Of a DNA stretch of 64,000 nt, positions 52,640 through 64,000 are shown one piece after another; position 1 is the stretch's first letter, and each line of letters starts with the position of its first letter. Source of the DNA: Chiloscyllium plagiosum. Its lineage: Eukaryota. The position numbers were made by a program, and so were the translations under genes. A model generated the notes under the pieces. It was not told the DNA's origin. It saw only the letters and a program-made list of their open reading frames with translations, and did no database searches. The stretch spans positions 31,159,104 through 31,223,103 of the forward strand of contig NC_057725.1 in NCBI RefSeq assembly GCF_004010195.1. Reading direction: 5' to 3'.

Positions 52640-54700
52640 CAAGCTGCATTTCACATTGCTGAATCGCCTGCTTTTTCCACCCTCGTCGACCTTCACCTGA
52701 TATGGCCCTTATCTGTACTCCCTTAAGGCCAAGGGATGCAGACTTGAAAGGAAATGATGAACAGATTGTAGTTCAGCCTTTCCCTGTCACCGAACACATA
52801 AAGTACTCTTGGGTCCTATTTTCATAATGGAATCCCCAGCTTCCTTTCTCTGCTGGAAGAGTTTTCCTAAATACCTACCCTGATTTCTTCACCCTCACCT
52901 CTAACAATAAACTCAAACAGCTCATGGATTTCTTTATCACTAAGATTGAGACTACCTCACCAGCAGTCTCTGTTGCCTACCTTTCTTATCCTAGCCCACC
53001 GAGCTAAACTTCCTCAAAGCTTTCCACTTACCCTCATACTAAGCTAGTTTCCTTCTCTAGTTTCTCTCTTTCTGCTCGTGCCATTTGAGTTTATCATGCC
53101 AATAAGATCCACCTCCTGCTCTTTCAATTCCATTCCCACTAGACTACTGACCATTCAGCCTCCCTTCCTGGATCGTGTACTGGCTGATATTATTAATGTT
53201 TTCTCTCTTTAAGTTCTGTCCTTTTCTTCAAATCTGCCATCATCACCCCTCTCCTCAAAAATCAAGCCTTGACTTCTTAAACTTTGCAAACTATCACCTC
53301 CCCTCCAAACTCCCCCTCCTCCCCAGAGTCCCGGCATATGTCCCACTCTCCTACATTTATGCCCCAACTTTCCCAGAACTCCTATGTTTTAATCGCTGCT
53401 GTTGGATTTCCAGTTTTAAAGTGGCTCTTAGTAAAGTCATAATGACATTCTGTCTAACTGGCAAAGACAAATTAGTCCTAACTTCGTGATCTGTTTGCAG
53501 TCTTTGACATAGTTGACTGTACCATTCTCCTCCAGTAATTCTCCCCTGCCATCCAGTTGGGTCAGACTGTTCTGACCTGGTTCCATTGTTGATTATCTAA
53601 GTATAGCCAGAGAATTGCCATCAATGGCTTCCAATGTTCTCGACCCCTCCACTGTCTCTGAACTGCCATGATGTAGAGGTGCCAGTGTTGGATTGGAGTG
53701 GACAAAGTCAAAAATCACACAACACCAGCTAATAGTCCAACAGGTTTATTTGAAAGTACAAGCTTTTGGAATGCTGCTCCTTCGTCGGATAGCATTCTGA
53801 AAGCTTGCACAGGTACTCCCAAATAAACCTGTTGGACTATAACCTGGTGTGTGGTTTTTATCTAAATTGTTTGACTGCTTATCCAGCATCCAGTACTTAA
53901 TGAACATAAATTTCTTCCAATTAAATATTGAGAAGACCAAAGGACCGAAGCCATTGTCTTTGATCCCTACTACAAACTCCACTTCCTTTTCACCGATTCT
54001 TTCCCTCTCCCGAGGAACAATGTGAGACTGAACCACATTGTTAATGATCTGTGTCGTGTTTGACCTTGAAATGGCTTTCAAACACATTTCCATCATTAAG
54101 ACCCCTATATATCCGTAACATTGCCTAATACTGCCTCATCTATGCTATTGCAGCAGCCCTGATTTATGTCTTTGCTCCCTATTCTAACTATTCTAACATA
54201 TTCCTGGCTGATCTTCCACATTCCCTATATTTCAGGTTGCCTTAAAGTTTTCTGCATAGGACTTGACGAGCACCAAATGCCAATGATACGTTTTCAATGC
54301 TCACTCGATTCTAATTAAAGAAAGCCTCAATTTTTAAAATTCTCTTTTGATTTCAAGTTCCTCACTGGCTTGGCCATTCCTTATATCTATACTTTTCTCC
54401 CAGGCTCACAGCTTGGTAAGTCCTCTAATTCTACCTTCTTGTGTACTTCTTATGTTTAATTGTTTCACCATTGGTGACATTGCCTTCAAATACATGACTC
54501 CTAAGCATTGGAATTCCTGTCCTAAATGTATCCTCCTGTCTATCTCATTTTCTTTCTTTAAGACAAATTTTCTTCAAATCTACCTCTTTCACAAATCTTT
54601 GATCACCTCTGCTCATTTGTCATATTTAGTTTCAGAATGTCTCAATGAAGCACCTCAGAATGTTATTTTCTGAAAGATGCTGTATCAATACAAACTGTTC
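52640..54700 (+). mobile_element. Long decayed L2-type ORF2 and tail, with a family B Penelope palindrome inserted at about 53667-53860
   Basis: LDFLNFANYH, DLFAVFDIVD and FFQLNIEKT remnants, then an L2 3'UTR. Confidence 0.75.
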
Positions 54701-54732
54701 TAGATTATGCATTTTTTTTTTAATCCTTGCAG

Positions 54733-54820
54733 CGAGCCCTGACCAAAACAGAGGACCTACGACAGGTGAAAGTTCTGGAGATGTGCGTAGACACACAGGA
54801 TAACAGTCTTGGAAATTTTG
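54733..54820 (+). CDS. LRRC56: LRRC56 internal coding exon (88 nt, phase 0 to 1): RALTKTEDLRQVKVLEMCVDTQDNSLGNF(G)
   Basis: Poly-T tract and ccttgcag acceptor; donor G|gtagga. Translation matches recalled human LRRC56 QALARVDDLRLVRTLEMCVDTREGSLGNFG. Confidence 0.93.
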
Positions 54821-56027
54821 GTAGGAATTCTGTTTATTGTAGGGAAATATTTCATCACAGCTCTTTATTCAAGTGGTCATCTCGTTTGATATCTTGTTTT
54901 TGTTATGTATTAGCATGTGTGAGTTACTGTTGCTTAGAGATGAATATTAGAATGTATTAAAAAGCACTTTATTGGTGCACGTAACTGTTTAAATTTGCAT
55001 CCACTTTCTCGTGAAATTGATTTCTTTATTAAATCCAAATGAGAACTGCAGTAACATGATGAACTGAATAAACACAGTTGGACTGACGGACTCAGGGTTT
55101 ATGCCCAATTCCCCCAAAATATTCTTTATCCTTTTGTTACCTTCAGTCTTATCTATTCCAAAGTCCTCCTGGTCAACTTCCCATCTTCTACACTTTGTAA
55201 ACTTCAGCTCATTCAGAGCTTGTTGCCCATTTCCTTTTGTGACAACTGTTCACCCTTCATTCCCCTGCTCACTTACCTACAATAACTTACGGTCCAGAAT
55301 TGCCTTAAATTTAAAATTCTCACTTTAGTGTTCAAATCCTTCATGGCTTTATCACCTTCCATCTCTGTAACCACCCACAACTGAGACAGCTCCATATCCC
55401 TCTAATTTTGGCTTTTTATTCATCTCTGATTTCTGCCTCCTCATGATTGTGTTGTTTAGGATATGACTGTTACTTTCTCTCCCTTTGACAAACCTCCATG
55501 AAGTCTAACTGTTTGACCAGCACCTAATCTCTAATGTTGCCCTGACTGACTTGAATAAATTCTGACCAGAATGAAAGCTCTCATTCTCTTTGTAAGTAGG
55601 GTGCCACCTTTCAGAAATGAGGGGAGTGAGCTCATTGGAGCTCTGGGGGCAGAGGTCCCACTGTCTGAATGCTGAGTAACAGTATAGTCTGAATTCTTGG
55701 TGTTGACCTTCTTTAATGTTCAGCTGCACCCTGGACCTTATTCTGTTTTGCCTGTTTTCCATGCTTCCTATTTTATTTGCTTCCTGTCTTTTGAGCTCTT
55801 CTCATATCCTGTATCTTATATATGTTTCTGATTCTTTTGACTTCTTCCCTTGTGACTTGTCTCCTGCCTCCATCATTTTTGGCATTTGACCATTTCCTAC
55901 TCATCGCTGAGGTAATCTGTATGCTGTTCAGGTTCCTTTCCTCTGTGTTTGGCTGGTTGTTGGGTGTATTTTATCCCTCCCCATTTCCTTAATTTTTCAT
56001 AGACTGTCTACCTGAAATATCAGGTAG

Positions 56028-56400
56028 GCAAAAGTGAGGTCAGCAGATGCTGGAGAGCAGAGTCCAGATGAGAGTGGTGCTAGAAAAGCACAGCAGGTCA
56101 GACAGCATCCGAGGAGCAGGAAAATCAGCTTTTGGGCAAAAGCCCTTCATCAGGAGGGAGGCATGGAGCCTCCCTCCTGATGAAGATAAATGGGAGGGGG
56201 GGGGGTGGGGCTGGGGAGAAGGTAGCTAAGAGTAAAATAGGTGGATGGAGGTAGGGATGAAAGTAATAGGTCGGAGAGGAGGATGGAGCAGATAGGTAGG
56301 AAGGAAGATTGGCAGGTAGGACAAGTTGGTGCTGAGCTGGCAGGTTCGAACTGGGGTAAGGTGGGGGGAGGGCCATGTTGTTCCAAAGAAGGATCGATAT
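56028..56400 (-). mobile_element. Family A Penelope-derived fragment with a purine-rich 3'UTR
   Basis: gcagatgctggaga...aaaagcacagcaggtcag...cccttcatcagg followed by a G-rich tract. Confidence 0.8.
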
Positions 56401-56636
56401 CCAAGCCACCAACTGGCTTATGCCTGGCCTGCTTTTTTGTTTTTTTACTTCATATTTTATCTGTTTCTTATTCACGTGCATCCTGTTAGGTGCATATTTT
56501 AAATGTTGTCATTGTTATGGTTTTTCTTTTTCTATCATCAAAGCCACTATACATAAGACACAGTATTTCCAGCATGATCTGCTTTTGCCAAACGTACATG
56601 ATAGCTACAGACAATTACTCAGCCTTTGTATATTGT

Positions 56637-56987
56637 TAAAAATCTCACAACACCAGGTTATGGTCCAACAGATTTAATTGGCAGCACACTAGCTTTCGGA
56701 GCGCTGCTCCTTCATCAGGTGATAGTGAAAGAGCGTTGTTCCAAAAGCTAGTGTGCTGCCAATTAAACCTGTTGGACTATAACCTGGTGTATGATTTTTA
56801 ACTTTGTACACCCCAGTCCAACACTGGCATCTCCAAATCCTTTGTATATTGTAACTGTATATTGTAATTTCTGAAGAAGGGCTTATGTCGATTCTCCTGT
56901 TCCTTGGATGCTGCCTGACCTGCTGCGCTTTTCCAGCAACACATTTTCAGCTCTGACCTCCAGCATCTGCAGCCCTCACTTTCTCTC
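56637..56987. mobile_element. Adjacent family B palindrome (56637-56838) and family A half element (56868-56987)
   Basis: Each is bracketed by direct repeats containing TATATTGT. Confidence 0.88.
56687..56721 (-). ncRNA. Minimal hammerhead ribozyme motif
   Basis: CAC-CTGATGA-A-GGAGC agc GCTCC-GAAA-GC-TA-GTG on the minus strand. Confidence 0.6.
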
Positions 56988-58529
56988 TATATTGTAACTG
57001 TGACAAATAGAGATCCATTTCCACTTTTCCACCAGAGGACCATTTTCACAGGGTCAGATAATCAGTGTGGTAACATTGTAGTCCTTTCAAGCAAAGCTTC
57101 CCTGCGCATTATTAGTCCCAAATTTTAATTCTTATTAAACAGGAGACTCAAAACAACTGCAGCTCGTTTGAGTCCCTATGGGTTTCCTCTGTTATACTTC
57201 AAAGTAAAAATCAGATTTGTTACTTTTAAAATCTAAGATTGTACTGAATTTTGCCAGGTTAAAGAAGTATACATTCTTTACATTCCTGGGTGTAGTTCTG
57301 TTTTTTTGAGAGTTTTCTTTACTCAGTATATTGGATCTCCATCCTGCATGTTGCATGCTAACGTGGTTACAATTTAGCACAGCACTAAATTCAAAACCTG
57401 AAAATTGCTGCTGCAAGAAGGCAGCAAAGTGCTTTGCTTTTATGTTTTGCAGTGAGAAGAAATGTTCAGTCTAGTCACCTTGAAGTACTCTTGTGCAGCA
57501 ATAGAACAACAGTGACAGAGGCCAAGTAAATGCCTTCAGAATCACAGTTGATCAATAAGCGTGGATGCTGCATAATTTAGCCTTTCTTTTACTTCACTTG
57601 CTTTTCTTTTCCATCATGACCAAACTGAAAACATGTCTAGAATTGTATTGTGTTCAGGAAATCGTGGATGAAGTTGCAAATGTAATGGAGTGAAGAAGTC
57701 TTCTAGTATTGATATTACTGTACATACTGTTATCACATTCACCACATTCCTCTGTTCATTGGCAGATTAAAAAGCAATATCTATATCAAAACCAGAAAAT
57801 TGCAGTACCAATACAAAACTGAAAAGGAACACAACCATAATTGCAAAACTTAATATCAAAAAAAATTATTTTAATATTCCTAGAGTAGGCAGTATTCAGG
57901 GAAAACATTATTGGAATTAACATTGAAATTTGGTGTAAAATAGCTAAACATGTAAGGAAACTGGGCACGTTAAGCGAGTGAAATAAAACAATTTCAGTTT
58001 GTGTTTTTCTAAATAAAATTCCTTTGCCATGTCTGAACTGAAGCAAAGTTTTTAGTTCTGATTCTGTCCTGCATCCGCAGTACAATTTTTAAAGTTTATT
58101 TTTGTTTTTTTTTATGTCATCTGTGAAAATTTATTTCTGGGGCTTTCACTTTGTTTAGAATAAGAACGTTATATCCTTTTGTTTGAACTCTATATTTCAT
58201 TCAGTGGTATAGTGGCAATGCCATGTGAAAACTTGCATAAACTGCATAGTTTAGAAGACTGAGCTATGAGATCAGCATTCATAAGGAAATTGATCCCAAA
58301 GACTTTCTGAATACATTGTTTGTTATTGAAATTATATGCAAGCTCTATATGTATAACTGTGACTGATTTAATGAACGGCAAGAGAAGACCTCAGAAATAG
58401 CTCAGTTTATTAGCCGATGACCAAGCCATGTTGACATTCAAAGAATGCCATGGATTTTAAACTTGATTGCTTTTTATTTGGGCACATTTTTCTCATTAAA
58501 AATTAATACAAAATCTTTGTTTACTACAG

Positions 58530-58590
58530 GTACTCATTTGCCCAGTTTGGTTCAACTGAAGCTGAATAGCAGTTTCATCGCATCGGTAAG
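58530..58590 (+). CDS. LRRC56: LRRC56 next coding exon (61 nt, phase 1 to 2): (G)THLPSLVQLKLNSSFIASV(R), start of the LRR region
   Basis: ttactacag acceptor and AG|gtaagt donor. In frame with the previous exon; matches recalled human GVHLPNLDQLKLNGSHLGSLR (LxxLxLxxN-like pattern). Confidence 0.93.
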
Positions 58591-60599
58591 GTAAGTTATC
58601 AACTTTGCCATGAAGCAATGAAAATTTGAGCTACTCCATTTTGTGCCTCTGAATGAACCAAAACTAGCAGCAGACCTTATTCATGCTGACATCTATAGTT
58701 AGCATATTTTCTCTGTCCCACCAGTTGACTTCCAGTTTGTTTGACTTGCACTATGAAGTATTCTTATTTACCATAGAAGTGAATGCATGTCTCTCACCTT
58801 TGATTTTCATATTTTGTGATCTTATCATTTTCTGTGCAGATTTACGAAAACTCAAGCTGGCATCAAACTAAAAGGCTATTGGGTCAATTTTTAATCATAC
58901 CCTTTCACAATCTGAGCTCTACAATCTTCCCATTAGATTGTCCAGCTGTTTCTTAAATGAATCCAGTATTCATGCCTCACCCCTGACAACCATTCCAGCT
59001 GTTCAAGAGCCTTTGTGAAAATAAATACTTCCTGGCATCTGTTCATCTCTTGTAGTTGATACCCACTGACTTTCCCATAAAAGATGCATCGAAGCTTTGA
59101 TTGTTAAAAGGCTTATGAAAGTCTACATACTCTATTTCTGATGGCTTTCCCTTGATACACCAATTTGAAATCTGGCTGCCTCAAATAAGTCTGAGGTTAA
59201 CTGGAGAAAAATCATCCTTTTCTGAAACCATTAGATTATTATCATCCAAATATTCTTTTCGATTTGTGTCTGATTATGGATTTTTTTTTCATTGGCTTAA
59301 TGGATCTGTGGTTACCATATTTGGCTCTGCTTAATGTACTTGTGTTTACTCTCTCTTGGGTTCTGTTTTTGCCAGGTTTGTGTCTGGTGCCAATCTTGAA
59401 TTTGAGAACTACATTTCCTGTTGGGAAATGTCTGCTGGAACTGTTCCAGTGTTCTCTGACTCCAACAAAATGGCCATAAGAACATTACACATGTGGTTCC
59501 TTGTTTTAAGTATACTGGAATGTGATTCATTTCTTTAAAAGCCTGTCAACCTATTTAGAATGTTGATTAGGATATTCTTCAACCAGTGCCATACAATCTT
59601 TTCTGCCCACCTGAATAGGTGGATGGAATTGCCTTTTGATTGCCCTTTATTTGAAAGCACCTTCAAAAATGCAGCATTCCTTGGAACTGGAAATATGTTA
59701 ACAGTCTACTGTTTGCTTTTATTTTCAACACTATACAATGTTCTCCCTGACTGCGGCCTTACTGTTGGAATGGTGAAAGAATGTTTTTGACATTACGTTT
59801 TGCATCTGTGGTTGTGCTTTTCAGCTTTGTATTGGTACTGTATTTTCTTGTTTTGATATAGATATTGTTCTTTTATCTGCCAATGAACAGAGAAATGTGG
59901 TGGATGAGAACACACAAACATACCCAGATCTTGTCTCCGGGCCTTAATTCAATCCCTTGCTTTTGCTAGTCGGTGAAAACAGACTTTTCTTTATGCCATT
60001 CTTCTCACTTTTCCTTGGTTTGTATTACCACTGATCAATTACTGGAAAACATGCTTCACTGATGAGGAAGACATCCACACGACTTTTTTTTTCCCTATTT
60101 CCTTTCTCTTCCTCCACCCCAGAACGGTCTGCTCAATATTGATCAAAAAACAACCCTGGGACAGATAAGTGAACCTCCAAGCTGTAGTCAAGAAGCAATG
60201 CTGATCAATATTCAAACAAACATGAACAAGGAAGTTATTACATCCAATGACCTATTAACTTGCAAGGAATGGAGAAGGAAAGTAACTTGTATTGGTTTGA
60301 TCAATTCATTCAATATAATCTGATTTAAAAATGTGCATTGTTTCACATCTATTTTGTTAGTTTGTAGTAGTTCTGTGCAACGTATCAAACACTTTGCCTG
60401 ACATGGTCTAGACTAGTACCTCTCTGAGGGCTAGTTAGCTGAACCATAGTAGCTTGCTGTCAGAAAACATCCACTTGTTGTGTTCATAATTTATGTTACA
60501 AGAAAAGAATTCTTAAAGTCTGAAATTCTGTCTCAACTTATCTATGTTGGGTTTTTATTTTACCGTTTATTTAAGTTGAAATGCATTGGGGCATGTTCT

Positions 60600-60910
60600 T
60601 GATTAGATTAGATTAGATTCCCTACAGTGTGAGAACAGGCCATTTGGCCCAACAAGTGCACACTGACCCTCCAAAGAGTAAGCCACTCAGACCCATTTCC
60701 CTCTGACTAATTCACCTAACACTCTAGGCAATTTAGCTTGGCCAATTCACCTAACCTGCACATCTTTGGACTGTGGGAGGAAACCGGAGAAAGCCCACGC
60801 AGACATGGGGAGAATGTGCAAACACCACACAGGCAGTCGCCCAAGACTGGAATTGAATCCAGGTCCCTGGTGCTGTGAGGCAGCAGTGCCAACCACTGAG
60901 CCACCATGCC
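60600..60910 (-). mobile_element. Full-length HE1-type tRNA SINE
   Basis: (gatta)n tail at left; reverse A/B boxes at right (aaccactgagccacc). Confidence 0.92.
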
Positions 60911-61569
60911 AGTCTAGTTATATAAATTGTAGAACAATAAAAAACTCAACTGTAAACAGGTTTTGAGTGAATAAATTCCTTTTCTTTTTGTAAAACAATT
61001 TTGAACTATCATTAATCTGCTTCTGTGCAGCTGAAAGGGTGGAATAATTGAGCTGTGAGGTTCTGCAGGTCCCTTTGTGTATAATGCTCCATGCTGGCAT
61101 CTAATGGTTCCGTTCAATAAAGGAAGGTCACATCTATCAGATTTTTTTGTTCTGCTTTAATTCCCTTCACACGCACAAACCTTCTTCTCTCCACAATACC
61201 TTTACCCTTCCTGTTAAACCACCACCACTGAAAGAAAAGTGCTGGAAGTGGCCTTGTTTTAGACTGCACCTTTGATTACTGCAGTTTGGAATATGGCTCA
61301 ACAACTCTCTCTCCCTCTGCCTTTCTCTGTGTCTTTCTGTCTTTCCTGCACTGACCTCACTGTACTTCATTTGTCTGTTCCTCTCCATTTTAAAAGTGCT
61401 GTTGTTTTGACTTTTTCTCCAAAATTCCAAAACAATGCAACAGCATATAAAACAATAATTGCTGCTCTTGGAATTTGAGGAAATCATCTCCAATACATAA
61501 AATACCTCAAAAAAGGAGCAGCTGTTATAGCCAGAAAATTTTCCCATCCTTAATCTTGATTTACCCAGA

Positions 61570-62280
61570 ATAATGGTAAGGTCCTAGGGAGTGTTGCTGA
61601 ATAAAGAGACCTTGGAGTGGAGGTTTATAGCTCCTTGAAAGTGGAGTCGCAGGTAGATAGGTAAGTGAAGTAGGTGTTTGGTATGCTTTCCTTTATTGGC
61701 CAGAGTATTGAGTACAGGAGTTGGGAGGTTGTGTTGGTTAGGCTGTTGGAATATTGCGTGCAATTCTGGTCTCCTTCCTATCAGAAAAATGTTGTGAAAC
61801 TTGAAAGGCTTTGGAAAAGATTTGCACAGATGTTGCCAGGGTTGGAGGATTTGAGCTACAGGGAGAAGTTGAATAGGCTAGGGCTGTTTTCCCTGGAGCA
61901 TCGGGGGCTGAGGGGTGATCTTATAGAGGTTTATAAAATCATGAGTGGCATGACTAGAATAAATTTCCCTGTGGTGTGGGGGTCCAGAACTAGAGGGCAT
62001 AGATTTAGGGTGAGAGGGGAAAGAGATAAGAGACTTAAGAAGCAACCTTTTCATGCAGAGGGTGGTACATGTATGGAATGAGCTGCCAGAGGATGTGGTG
62101 GAGGCTGGTACAATTGCAACGTTTAAAAGGCACCTGGATGGGTATATGAGTAGGAAGGGTTTGGAGGGATATGGGCCAGGGGCTGGTAGATGGGACTAGA
62201 TTGGGTTGGGATATCTGGTCGGCATGGCCGAGTTAGACTGAAGGGTCTGTTTCCATGCTGTACATCTCTATGACTCTACA
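61570..62280 (+). mobile_element. CR1/HER1 ORF2 3' fragment
   Basis: LEYCVQFWSPSY...LNRLGLFSLE...DLIEVYKIM and the 3'UTR tail. Confidence 0.93.
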
Positions 62281-64000
62281 ACTGACTAAACCCAATGAGG
62301 AGATGGTGACACAGTGTTGAAGTCACTAGACTAACAATTCAAAACCCCAAGCCAAGTCTGAGGGTGCACGTTTGCAGATGGTGAAATTTGAATTCAACAA
62401 AAATCTGGAATAAAGACTTAACTTAATGGTGACGATTGTTGGGAAAACCCATCTGGTTTACTAATGTCTTTTAAGGAAGGAATCTGCCATCCTTCCATAG
62501 TCTGGCGTCGGCTCCAGACCCACAGCAAATACAGTTGACAGTTAACTACCCTCTGGGCAATGAGGGATGAGCAATAACCACTGGTCTGTCAAATGATGCT
62601 TGTGTCCTGTGTTTAAATATAAAATAAAACAATTGAAATAAAATGTTGTGTGAAAGATGGCTCTTGCAACATTCTGACTGGGAGTCTCTCCGACACATTC
62701 ATACACAGACACACACTCACATGATCAAATATCTGCTTCAGCAATAGGGCTTCCTGTGTTTTTAAAGTGGGTTTAAAGTATTACCCTTTTTGCCTTGTAA
62801 AAGCTAATGTTTTTGCATGCTGTGAGTGCTAACTGTCTGCCAGATTCTGCAGATTTTGTTTTACTACTTTGTTTGAATGAGTATAATGTTTTACTACCTT
62901 CTTTTCAACATTTTTTTGCTATCTCAGAAGTTTAGCCCCTTGAGCAATACTATCATTTATAATTGATGACAATTGGCAGGTTCCTACAGATTGCAATTAT
63001 CTTTTATATGGCTTTGTTGTAGGAGATATTTACATAAATGCATGATGTGTAATTTTGAAGCAACTCATTTTGGGTTTAACAGTTTAAGTCTTTGCTAGTA
63101 ATCTTCCATGGATGTTGACAATCCAAGTAGGGCCAGTGTCTCCCCTTTTTATAATTACAGAAATATTTCAAACATTTTTCGAAGTGGCTTAGATATTAGT
63201 ATCTGATTATGATTTAACAAATCAAAATCTGATCAGACTTTACTTGATCCACTGTCTAGGAATTGGAAAATAACAAGCAGAGGCTCATTCTAAATTTTTT
63301 TTATTTTCAACCCTAATTAGACTATTTTAATAGGGATATTTAAACATAAATATATAATTTATGAATTATAATGTCACCATAATAACAAATCATAGAAATT
63401 TACAGGACATAAGGAAGTCATTCAGCTGCTGTTGCCTTAGCTAGAAAACTTAAAAAACTAAACCAGCTGTCCTGTTTTCTCGATGATTCTGTATCTTTCT
63501 CCATTTTAATATTTTTCCTGTGAATGTGATTGACATCCTTCCCTCCACATACATTATTGACATTAACAAATCAAATCTATTGGACATGGCATACCTTCAT
63601 CTGATGCACCTTTTGCAGAAAGCTGAAGATGCCAGACAGGTTCTGCCACAAGTGCTGCACATGAAATTCTATTACAGGTATTGTGGAGTTGTTGAATTTT
63701 TAGTATTGATGCCTATTGCTAAACTCTTTTAGCGACCAATCACCATAGTGCATGCAGACCTACAGTCAATGTTGCCATTTCCCTCTGTCATGGCAAGTGT
63801 CTCCCAATGTGAGAATTGATGTTTAGGATTTTCCTATTTCATCAGCAAATATCCCTGAAAAGGGACAATGGATTTTAGCCCAATCTAATAATGATCCTGG
63901 AACAAACTGCTGTCTGCTTTCTCTCTCCACAGATGCTGTCATACCTACTGAATTTCTCTAACACATTGTGTTTTTATACAATACCAATCCACCTCGATCT

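Noticed and set aside
54727-54960. 77-aa ORF as a standalone gene
   Set aside because: Only 54733-54820 is exon; the remainder reads into the intron past the donor.
58591-64000. Next LRRC56 exon (DLGTSL..L..LW)
   Set aside because: No matching sequence found; it presumably lies beyond the window end.

Overview
Eukaryotic, AT-rich, repeat-dense DNA. The repeat content (HE1-type tRNA SINEs, HER1/CR1 and L2 LINEs, Deu-domain SINEs, Penelope-derived palindromes) points to a cartilaginous fish, probably a bamboo/carpet shark; this is inference. The main landmark is a CpG-island, apparently bidirectional promoter at about 17.4-19.4 kb with CCAAT, GC-box, NRF1-like, two opposed ZNF143/ACTACA motifs and several RFX X-box-like sites. 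On the + strand it drives LRRC56: there are candidate non-coding exons at 19.2, 22.8 and 30.3 kb and two clearly recognisable coding exons (54733-54820, 58530-58590). On the - strand there is a candidate non-coding first exon, probably of HRAS by the known head-to-head HRAS/LRRC56 arrangement, but no HRAS coding exon lies in the window. The rest is intron filled with decayed LINEs, a decayed Gypsy element, Tigger-like elements, a 33-bp GC-rich minisatellite grown out of a SINE, and several Penelope-like families carrying minimal hammerhead ribozyme motifs. Almost all ORFs in the supplied track are spurious or transposon debris. I see no convincing wholly new system. The most interesting signal is that intact-looking hammerhead cores all lie antisense to the host transcript while sense copies are broken. 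All homology calls are from memory, with no search run, and repeat boundaries are approximate.
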